Shown here: one piece after another, positions 21,063 to 29,228 of the stretch
How positions within the stretch are numbered: position 1 is the first letter of the stretch
Layout of the letters: each line of letters opens with the position of its first letter
DNA from: Tetramitus jugosus
Lineage: Eukaryota; Protista; Heterolobosea
NCBI GenBank assembly: GCA_937625935.1
Contig: OW569380.1
Coordinates: forward strand, 186,001-250,000
Direction: 5' to 3'
Length of the DNA: 64,000 nt
The notes under the pieces: generated by a model
What the model was told of the DNA's origin: nothing
Databases searched by the model: none
The model's input: the letters and a program-made list of their open reading frames with translations, nothing else
Position numbers and translations under genes: made by a program

Positions 21063-21679
21063 CTATTGGAGAGAATGTTTCTTTAGTAGCTACTTAGACG
21101 CGCACTATCTGTTTGTTCTCTGTTCGAACTCTATGGCGCTTCACTGGTCATGAAGCTTACACAATTGGGTTTTGATTCGTTGTAAAATTCGTGTTCGAAG
21201 TGACCTGATTGTTCTTTGTCAACACTGTCGCATCTGAATGCTTGACTATTGGATCATGCAAAATCAAGCTCTCTGGCAACAATTGAACAAAATTGTCATT
21301 CAAATGTCTCACTCGATAGTAGTGCTCGTGGTCTCTGCTGAATGGATTGGATGGAGCTCTATTCTCTACAATGTACACATGAGGTGCATCTGCAAACTTT
21401 CTAATGGTGCCAGTCAATGTCATTGCTATCTTGTATCGCTTGAATGTAGGTTGGTTCTTTGTTGTAGTTTGTGGTTACGTGTTGGTTCGTTTATTTGTGC
21501 CAATGTGAGCTCGAATATAAATTTGAATTGAGGGTGTGTGGTGGTACCTTGGTGATTAGTCTGAATTATCTGCCAGGTGTCGCTCCACGTTTCCTAAAGA
21601 CAAAAAAAGGCAATGGATTCAATCATTTGCAATCAAAAAGATCGCCGCTGGATGGAAACTCAAAAAAACAACTAAAGGC

Positions 21680-21702
21680 AGGCCCAACCGAGAATCGAAC
21701 CC
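21680..21702 (-). pseudogene. 3' fragment of a tRNA gene (T-loop/B box + acceptor 3' strand; Gln-like)
   Basis: Reverse complement GGGTTCGATTCTCGGTTGGGCCT followed by a T7 terminator at 21662..21668; 5' two-thirds missing; isotype is a guess from the CTCGG-TNGGNCC-T end. Confidence 0.6.
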
Positions 21703-21719
21703 TTACCTTTGTCTCTATT

Positions 21720-22030
21720 TTTGCCGCTTTGGAGAAATCACTACGCAGATGGAATCATCAAGATCGTCGATAGTACTAACTTCATGTGGCCCATGCCGAG
21801 GAAGTCGAGCAGAGAGTACCTCATGGGAATGATGGGATTAGAGAACGACGCTGTCGACCAGGTGGCAGATGCGCTGATGAAAAATGGGATGAAACAAGAA
21901 GTAGCGCATCGAAAGGCCCGTAGTTTTGTGTGCACACAAAAGCAGAATTGGCATGTGCAACCAGCTTGTAGTAACAGGAGAACTCCATGAAGAATTGGAT
22001 TGGCTGGCTCAACAACTAAAAGTATAGGGC
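21720..22030 (+). mobile_element. Remnant of ORF2 C-terminus of the same retrotransposon family (copy E)
   Basis: RKSSREYLMGMMGLENDAVDQVADALMKNGMKQEVAHRKARSFV aligns with RWTSREFLKGMMGIETNAIEDVTNGLVEIGIKTAEASKKAKTYV (copy A) and RKTSKEYMLGMLGIE (copy D). Confidence 0.85.
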
Positions 22031-22052
22031 GAACAGAGAACAATAATTTTGA

Positions 22053-23630
22053 TTAGTATGAGCATGTTCGACGATGTTGTTGTGCTTGATCCGGGTCTCG
22101 GTAGCTCCTCAAACAACACCAAAAGAATTCATAGGTACAGGATCCACATGTCATATGCATGCACCTACCATTCTTTTCTATTGCCACGCTACAGCGTGGA
22201 CAAGATTTGGTGTGGCTCAAGATCCAAGCTTCTGATGTTTGCTGATCTTTCTTTTTCTGCAGTTGCCTCTTTTGGTCCTCATCATATCCAGCACATGATA
22301 AACCTCTGTGCCAAACCATTTCATGTTCTGTGCAAATGATCTGATCACAAGCCTTGCAGAGTTCTTTTGGTTTTGAAGCGTTAGGCACATGAATTTCTTC
22401 ACAACCAGGAGAGGGACACCAAATCCAATCCCTTCTTACATCAGTCGATTGAATTGATTCAAAGAATACGGAATTCCTACGAGCCTCCAAATGCTCTGTT
22501 CTTTTGGATGTTTCATAAATCTTGAATTCAGCATCACTAATTAGTCCATTCTTCAATGCAGCTCGAATATCTAGGTAAGTGATCAATTTTCCACAATTCA
22601 TAGCACATGTAATGTTTGAACTCTGATTATTCATTATTTTTGTCCTCAACTGGGTTGAAAAGCATGTAGGGCAAACCTCGCACTCCTTACTACATCTGGA
22701 AGCACAAATGAAAGCCTCTTCACGCTCCATATAGCAGATGTTGCATGTTTTAACTCTGTTGTCATGAATAGTGGGGATAACAATATCTGAAGTACCAGTA
22801 GATGTACCTGTTTTTCCCTTTCTCCAATCAGATCTGAGTGACTTTCCTTGGGCGACCGATGGGGAAGTGTGCCCTGCTTCTTCAGGGATATGGGAGAAAG
22901 AACTTCGCAATGATCCAAAGTATTCGGAGCGGTTAGATATCAGCGAATCTGTGTTGATCTGAGTATTTTGATTTGTATCAGGTTTCGTGTGACTATCTCT
23001 GGACTTTCCACAGTTTCTACATGTCTTTTTCCAGATGTGCTCTTCATAATTCGAACAACCAAGAGAATTGGTAGTTAGTGGCACTACCTCGTTTGAAACT
23101 GTGATTCTTTCACTTTGAGGAGATCGATTTGTGACAACACTAGGTCTGTTCACCGAAATGTCAGCTTGGGAAGAAATAGTTTGCCTCTTGGTGTGTTGCA
23201 CATCAGTTGATTGCAGAGCTATAGGTTCTGCAACGTGTTCTTCCCTAGTTCTGCCACAGCTCTTGCAAGTCTTTTTCCAAGTGTGCTCATATCTTGTGCA
23301 ATGGATGTCTCTTGGCTCCGGATTCATGACATCCGAGTGTTTCTTTTGACTGCTATCATGTGGCTCTGATCTAGCAACTTGGTGGGAAGTAATTGAGTTT
23401 TCCTCCTTGATGTGGCCATGTTTTCTCTCTGCTGAACCGAATTCTACTCTCGAATTGACTCGCTGGGAACTCTCTGAACGGCCATGTGACAGTACATTTG
23501 CTCTTGTTGGAGAATTTTCAACAGTGACCGACTGACCTACTCCTTGTTGAGATTGTTCAAGTCGAAGAACACTTGCAGTCACTAAAAAACCTTGATTCAC
23601 CAAATACCTATGAATTGATTCCAAATCCAT
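22053..23630 (-). CDS. RBR (RING1-IBR-RING2) E3 ubiquitin ligase with N-terminal LisH-like motif and two CHCCH Zn-finger-like repeats
   Basis: CNICY..CPTC..C; WCPSPGC..CKAC..C..H..WH.GLSC; KSCPRC..IEKNGRCMHMTC..C.YEFFWCC. Confidence 0.9.
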   Translation of the reverse strand: MDLESIHRYLVNQGFLVTASVLRLEQSQQGVGQSVTVENSPTRANVLSHGRSESSQRVNSRVEFGSAERKHGHIKEENSITSHQVARSEPHDSSQKKHSDVMNPEPRDIHCTRYEHTWKKTCKSCGRTREEHVAEPIALQSTDVQHTKRQTISSQADISVNRPSVVTNRSPQSERITVSNEVVPLTTNSLGCSNYEEHIWKKTCRNCGKSRDSHTKPDTNQNTQINTDSLISNRSEYFGSLRSSFSHIPEEAGHTSPSVAQGKSLRSDWRKGKTGTSTGTSDIVIPTIHDNRVKTCNICYMEREEAFICASRCSKECEVCPTCFSTQLRTKIMNNQSSNITCAMNCGKLITYLDIRAALKNGLISDAEFKIYETSKRTEHLEARRNSVFFESIQSTDVRRDWIWCPSPGCEEIHVPNASKPKELCKACDQIICTEHEMVWHRGLSCAGYDEDQKRQLQKKKDQQTSEAWILSHTKSCPRCSVAIEKNGRCMHMTCGSCTYEFFWCCLRSYRDPDQAQQHRRTCSY

Positions 23631-23780
23631 TGTTTTTGTTTGTTCCGTTCACAAGTTTTGACGTGGTGAAATGTGAAGGAAGACTTCGGACAAAATTCTA
23701 GTTCCCATTCCACAAAGTACATGCACGACGAAGAACTCAATGAGCCAATGTAACAGGAACCAAGGAAAAGGTCAAAACTC

Positions 23781-23860
23781 TGACGAGGGCGGGATTTGAA
23801 CCCGCGCCCCGAAGGACTGCGGCCTTAACACAGCGTCTTAGACCACTCGACCACCTCGCC
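23781..23860 (-). tRNA. tRNA-Leu(AAG)
   Basis: Reverse complement GGCGAGGTGGTCGAGTGGTCTAAGACGCTGTGTTAAGGCCGCAGTCCTTCGGGGCGCGGGTTCAAATCCCGCCCTCGTCA: cloverleaf, AAG anticodon, long variable arm, T4 runs downstream. Confidence 0.97.
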
Positions 23861-23901
23861 ATTTCGATAATTTTGCTCCGAAAGTAGACCAGCTCCAGTT
23901 T

Positions 23902-23916
23902 TTTGGAATGAATTTC
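23902..23916 (+). repeat. Left target-site duplication of copy D (TTTGGAATGAATTTC)
   Basis: Exact 15-bp copy at 28995..29009, right after the poly(A). Confidence 0.95.
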
Positions 23917-23926
23917 AAAAAAACAG

Positions 23927-25039
23927 ATGCAAACAAACGAAATCATTCCATCCTCTCAAGGGGTGCGCGAGTATGTCAAAAACAGGCATGCGGTATGGAC
24001 TGCACTTCCCACAGGAGGTACAGTCAACAAACGTGAAGTGGTCATTAAGGGTAGTAACCAACAGGGCTCGGTCATGGAGGTTGCGAGGCATGTCGCAAGC
24101 AGGTGTTCACCTTGGGCCACTAGAGTCCAGGTGATCAAATGGGAGAAAGATGAGTACATTGCATGGCTCAACATCAAGAAAGACGAGATCTATGAGTTTG
24201 TGGAGCATTTCAACACAACAAAGTGTGTGAAAAATGCCAAGGCATTCATCAAGAGAGGATTAGACAATGACAAGAAGCTTGTTATGCATGGTGTAGAAGG
24301 AAAAACTACGGAGGAGATTGCAAGACTTGTTGGAACTGAGAAAGTACAACAAGTGGTGAAGAACAGTAATACGGCCTTTGTTACAATGAGGTCACCAACA
24401 TACGCGCAAGCACTGATTGAAGATTCTCGTCTCAGTGTGAAGGTGAGCAAGTACACTGAAAGAAGGGAGGAACCAATCATGGTGGTTAACCGAAGATTGG
24501 AAACCACTAGAAAACAACTCACTCTAATGGTCGAGTCTCTTACAAGAAAAATGAACAAGTTGGAACTGGAGTTGAATAAGCTCAAAGTAAATGCTTCTAT
24601 TCAGCAAGAGGAGCCACAAAGGAAGATACAGAAGAGGACGACTAAGAAGCGAGCATCGAACCAGTCAAGAGACGGGGCTGAAGCAACACAAACCACTGCG
24701 GAGCTAGCAGTGGAAACAGATAATTGGGACTCAGTTTTACTTCCTGATGTAAGAGACGATATGCTAGATGATCTAGGCCACTCCCCTCAAAGACGTAGAA
24801 GTAAGAGCACGAGTGCACTAGGAAGCAGGTCAGCTTTCGAGGAACTGGCCGAGATGTGTCTCGTGAATGGCGGAGACACTCCTGTGAAGAGTAATGGCAA
24901 GAGGTGCTCCACCACGCAACTGGATGAACAAAATCAGAGAAAGAGGCAATTGGTCAACACTCCGATCAGATTGCCGTCTTTAAGAAGCAGAAGGGCACCT
25001 GAAGCGGAAGTGCCGAGGAGAGTTCCGAACCAATGTTAG
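23927..25039 (+). CDS. Retrotransposon ORF1 (two RRM-like domains, coiled coil, disordered basic tail)
   Basis: Position before ORF2; homology to 6658..7392; KLVMHGV..TTEEIARLVG..TAFVTM (RRM-like); heptads LETTRKQLTLMVESLTRKMNKLELELNKL. Confidence 0.9.
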   Translation: MQTNEIIPSSQGVREYVKNRHAVWTALPTGGTVNKREVVIKGSNQQGSVMEVARHVASRCSPWATRVQVIKWEKDEYIAWLNIKKDEIYEFVEHFNTTKCVKNAKAFIKRGLDNDKKLVMHGVEGKTTEEIARLVGTEKVQQVVKNSNTAFVTMRSPTYAQALIEDSRLSVKVSKYTERREEPIMVVNRRLETTRKQLTLMVESLTRKMNKLELELNKLKVNASIQQEEPQRKIQKRTTKKRASNQSRDGAEATQTTAELAVETDNWDSVLLPDVRDDMLDDLGHSPQRRRSKSTSALGSRSAFEELAEMCLVNGGDTPVKSNGKRCSTTQLDEQNQRKRQLVNTPIRLPSLRSRRAPEAEVPRRVPNQC

Positions 25040-28000
25040 AAATCATGTGGTACAATGTCAACGGACTGCCTGGTAAATCCGTCGACATACTCAACATGTT
25101 GGAGCAGGAGGACATCGATGTGCTTTTGCTGCAAGAAACAAGAATATTACACCAGGTGCAACTGACGCGGTTGCAAAAACAATTGGCAGCACTGAATTAT
25201 GCAATCCTATGCGAATTTCCCAGTCGATATCTGGCTACGATTATCAACACGAAGAACGTCACCAGTTATGGCAGTGTCCACAACGGGGAACGCCTCCAAG
25301 TGGTGAGAGTAGAATGTGCCAGTGAAACCATTTACATTGCTAATCATTACGGTCCACACAAGATTGATGTTCCCCACTACAACTACGTCAAAGAAACAAT
25401 GAGCAGTATCGCATCATCTGGTAAGGTCCTATTTGGAGGTGATCATAATGCAGTGGTCGCTAAGGAGGACAGAACATCGGGTCGCAAAGATCCGAATACG
25501 AATTGTCTGATCAGCTCCATGTATAGTTGTAACATGCAGGATATCAACCGGGTGTTAGGAGTGCATAAATTCCACACCTACTTCAAGAGGACTATGTCAT
25601 CTAGAATTGATTCTACATGGGCCAACAAGGCAGCTCTAAGTGTCGTCCGAAATATAGAAGCGTTCACAAGAAACGGGGCTCTGACTGATCACATACCAAC
25701 GAAGGTGTCAGTGGAAGTGGAACACAAGACTGATGGCTGTGACAAGGATGATAGAACAAGCATGGTCTTCCCCAAGAACAAACTGGACAGTAGATGGGCG
25801 AACTACGCCACTGAAGTGCTGTCTGATCTGTCTAAGCAACGGATAGAGGATATGAGTGACCCACAAACACAATGCGAAATGTTGACCAAAGTCCTGGTTA
25901 CTCGGGCTGTGGAGTTCTTTGGCGAACAGAGCACTACAAAGCGCTGGGTGGATAATAGGCGTGTGAGAAGACTCATCCAGAGCAGAAAACTTGTGCTCGA
26001 TTATCTAGTCAGCGGTACTGTCGGCGAGCATTTGTGTAAAGTACTCACTAACTATGGTGGACAAACAGAAATAGGAAGAGAGTCAGTATGGTCGACACTG
26101 GGAATAATCAATCAGAGATTGTATCAAGAGAGGACTAGACACACGTGTAAGAGATTCAGACGGTGGGAGTGGGTTGCAAGAACATCAGAGTTCGTAAACC
26201 CGAGTAAGTTCTTCTCTACGGCAAGCGCAAAGAAATCTAACCGAATCAGGCTTAACACCATTGAAGAAGAGGGCATGACTCACACCGACCCAGAAAAGGT
26301 AAGCAGCAAGGCGGCAGAATATTTTGAGTCGGCCTTCTCACATTCCTATGCGGACATGAGCTATCTTAGTGAGCTTGAAGCTCCCAGAATGGAGGAAATG
26401 ATTAAGAAGGAGTATACGGAGATCACGGTGGAAGAAGTTCGTAATGCAGTTAAATGGCTGAGGAATAGGAAATGCCCGGGGCCTGATGGCATTCACAACG
26501 AAATGCTCAAAATGCCAGTGACTGAAAGCAGAGATTACAGTTGGGAACTAGCAGAAGTGCTGGCCCACCTTTTCAACAACATACTGGTGAGTGGGGTGTT
26601 CCCCACCGTGTGGAAGGAGTGTACGATTATTCCGGCGTACAAGAAAGGGAGTGCACAAGACATTGCGAACTACAGGCCCATCTGCCTCCTCAGCTCAGTG
26701 GCTAAGTTGTTCACCAGATTGCTTAACACCAGAGTGTCTAAGGCAGCGGAAGCGGCTTCGATATTCACAAATACTCAAGGAGGAGGTAGGAAATTCAGGG
26801 ACATCAGAGAGAAGCTATCGATTATGAGGGGTGTTATCGACCATGCAAACAGGAACGATAGCCAGTTGTATTTGTTGCTGACCGATATTGCGAAAGCTTT
26901 TGATTCTGTCCCACACAACGCCATCAGGGAAGTGTACTCGTTCTTTGGATTCCCAAGTAGTATCGTCGGACTGGTACACGATATGGTTACAAACAATTGG
27001 GCCCGAGTGATGACGGGAACATTATCGCGACGTTTTTCAATAGGTAAGGGTACAAGGCAGGGTGATTCGTTGTCACCAACTACGTACGTTCTAGTCCATC
27101 AAACTGTGCTACTGTATACTGCCAGGCTTGCTAAGGGTTACCCGGCAGGGACTCAAAACATTTGGAATGTTGCGTACGTGGACGATTGTAATCTCATGTC
27201 AAGTGATAGAAATGACATCGAGATGACTGCAAACCGCATGAACGAGGTTTTGGGTAAGTTAAAGATGACCATGCACCCCACCAAGCTGGAATTGTATGTC
27301 AGAAAACATGGAAAAACACCATCAGACCATAATATAATGGTCAATGGAGTGGTTGTGGCTGCAAATGGAAGTAGGAAAGTTTTCAGGGCACTAGGACTCT
27401 TCACGAACCTAAATGGTTGCACTGTCAAACAGAAAGAGCAAGCCCGAGACAAGGTGGAAAGGGTCATCAAGCGACTCCACATTATGAGACTAACTGCCAG
27501 ACAAGTAGCGAGGATCGTCAACACATGCATCCACCCGGTGTTTCTTTACGCTTCCGAGTTCACTGAGTGGGGGGCAGGGTGGATCAACCGAGTGAATCAT
27601 ATAGGCAAAGCATTGATCAAACGGGGTTCTGTTGCAATGCGGAGGTACCCCTCAGAATTGTTGCATGTGGCGTGCGATAATGGTGGCTTCGGTCTCCGTA
27701 GATTTGAGGAATCATTGCTGGTGAACACTGCTTGGTTCATCATCAACATGCTGAAAGGGAAGCATGATGGCGAGGCTCACAGACTGTTGTTGGATACGCT
27801 TGAGGAGATCAGGCATCTACAAACATTCCAGGTAGAGAATGTATTCCAATCCAACAACAGGATTGAGCTCGTCGCACATAGCTATCTTAAGTGGTGTGCT
27901 GTCCGTATGCACACCAACCACCTCACTATTTCTTGTGGGAATGAGGTCAACTGTCTGAGTTGCAATCTGGCACTCTCTCAGCCAAATGACATCATCAAAA

Positions 28001-28884
28001 GGTTGTTCAAGGTGGGAATAGGGCTGAGGAGTCAATTGACAGTGGGTGGAAAGTGGATCAGGCATAGCGAATTGATCAAAAGGCATGGAAATTTTGGAAT
28101 TAGTTCTCGCAGATACAAGTACTTGACAAGTGACCTTGAAATGCTACAGTGCAATGGAAATCACGAGCATTCAGCCGACACTACCCCAAGGTTAATGTAC
28201 AATGATAGTTTTGAGGTCGTAGAGAAGGAACAGTTGTGGCGAGTCTTCTTGCGACGACATAGGGATAGGGTGAAAGAGGAGAAGGTATGGTGGATACAGT
28301 CTAAGTGTTTAGGAGGTGCTGTAGATTTTAAATTTATGAGATGCCCTTTCAGGGTCGACCGTGCACTGGAATGGTTTGTGGCTCAGGTGAAAAGTCACAC
28401 AATTCACACTAAGGCCGTTGTCCAACATCTCTATGGAGTAGTGGACATGGATACGCTATGTCCCAAATGCAAATTTGAACAGGAAACGGTGTTACATTGT
28501 CTCGTTAGATGCCCGGTGGCGATAATGGCCAGAAAACTGTTGGTGAAGGAAGTTTCCACCAAGCTGAGTAAAATGGGTCTTCACAAGGACCAAAGAGTAG
28601 ACATGTGGTTCGACAACCAACGATGGAGCAACGGCGCATTACTAGTCAATAAGCGGAGGAAAACTAGCAAGGAATACATGCTTGGCATGTTGGGTATTGA
28701 AACAAGGGCGCTGAAACAAGTGATCAAAGGACTGACGAAGAGTGGAATAGAGAAGAAGAAGGCAAGGGAGAAGGCCCAACAATTTGTCGATCATACAAAG
28801 AGGAGATGTGTGGAGGTGATGCGACGCCTCTTCACGAGTTCAAAGGAGATTGCTGGTTGGTTGCTAATGCTCTACGAGCATTAG
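25033..28884 (+). CDS. Retrotransposon ORF2: APE endonuclease + reverse transcriptase + CCHC zinc knuckle
   Basis: WYNVNGL, DVLLLQET, GGDHN, SRID, TDH (APE); CPGPDG, YRPICLL, DIAKAFDSV, GTRQGDSLSP, YVDD (RT); CPKC..ETVLHCLVRC. Confidence 0.97.
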   Translation: MLEIMWYNVNGLPGKSVDILNMLEQEDIDVLLLQETRILHQVQLTRLQKQLAALNYAILCEFPSRYLATIINTKNVTSYGSVHNGERLQVVRVECASETIYIANHYGPHKIDVPHYNYVKETMSSIASSGKVLFGGDHNAVVAKEDRTSGRKDPNTNCLISSMYSCNMQDINRVLGVHKFHTYFKRTMSSRIDSTWANKAALSVVRNIEAFTRNGALTDHIPTKVSVEVEHKTDGCDKDDRTSMVFPKNKLDSRWANYATEVLSDLSKQRIEDMSDPQTQCEMLTKVLVTRAVEFFGEQSTTKRWVDNRRVRRLIQSRKLVLDYLVSGTVGEHLCKVLTNYGGQTEIGRESVWSTLGIINQRLYQERTRHTCKRFRRWEWVARTSEFVNPSKFFSTASAKKSNRIRLNTIEEEGMTHTDPEKVSSKAAEYFESAFSHSYADMSYLSELEAPRMEEMIKKEYTEITVEEVRNAVKWLRNRKCPGPDGIHNEMLKMPVTESRDYSWELAEVLAHLFNNILVSGVFPTVWKECTIIPAYKKGSAQDIANYRPICLLSSVAKLFTRLLNTRVSKAAEAASIFTNTQGGGRKFRDIREKLSIMRGVIDHANRNDSQLYLLLTDIAKAFDSVPHNAIREVYSFFGFPSSIVGLVHDMVTNNWARVMTGTLSRRFSIGKGTRQGDSLSPTTYVLVHQTVLLYTARLAKGYPAGTQNIWNVAYVDDCNLMSSDRNDIEMTANRMNEVLGKLKMTMHPTKLELYVRKHGKTPSDHNIMVNGVVVAANGSRKVFRALGLFTNLNGCTVKQKEQARDKVERVIKRLHIMRLTARQVARIVNTCIHPVFLYASEFTEWGAGWINRVNHIGKALIKRGSVAMRRYPSELLHVACDNGGFGLRRFEESLLVNTAWFIINMLKGKHDGEAHRLLLDTLEEIRHLQTFQVENVFQSNNRIELVAHSYLKWCAVRMHTNHLTISCGNEVNCLSCNLALSQPNDIIKRLFKVGIGLRSQLTVGGKWIRHSELIKRHGNFGISSRRYKYLTSDLEMLQCNGNHEHSADTTPRLMYNDSFEVVEKEQLWRVFLRRHRDRVKEEKVWWIQSKCLGGAVDFKFMRCPFRVDRALEWFVAQVKSHTIHTKAVVQHLYGVVDMDTLCPKCKFEQETVLHCLVRCPVAIMARKLLVKEVSTKLSKMGLHKDQRVDMWFDNQRWSNGALLVNKRRKTSKEYMLGMLGIETRALKQVIKGLTKSGIEKKKAREKAQQFVDHTKRRCVEVMRRLFTSSKEIAGWLLMLYEH

Positions 28885-28994
28885 CAACTACTTGAATCAA
28901 TAATGACGGCATTCTGCCGTCACGAAACCGATACAGAGAATCAACAAAGAAGTAAAATGAGCAACCAATGGTTGTATTTAAAAAAAAAAAAAAA

Positions 28995-29009
28995 TTTGGA
29001 ATGAATTTC
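28995..29009 (+). repeat. Right target-site duplication of copy D
   Basis: Identical to 23902..23916. Confidence 0.95.
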
Positions 29010-29228
29010 CAAAGTCCTTTCGGCCGGAAGTGACGTTACGCCTTTGTGATGCTGCTATCAATCTTTGAGAAACTCAACCCGGATTCACAAATGAGGCGTT
29101 TCAGGAGAGAACTTCCGGAAGTTGCCGTCTCGCAAATTTCGTCATCGGATAAAAAAACTCAGGAAGATCAAATCCGAAGAAAGGCCCAACAAAACAAAAA
29201 ACAAACCAAAGAACAAACCATAAAAAGA

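Larger units (their letters stand above)
23917..28994 (+). mobile_element. Full-length, apparently intact non-LTR retrotransposon copy D (ORF1 + APE-RT ORF2), upstream of tRNA-Leu(AAG)
   Basis: Two open ORFs, about 95-nt 3' UTR, A15 tail at 28980..28994, perfect 15-bp TSD. Confidence 0.97.

Noticed and set aside
29022-29037. CCGGAAGTGACGT, matching the mammalian ETS-CRE composite motif
   Set aside because: ETS factors are metazoan and this is a single occurrence; likely chance or an unrelated factor
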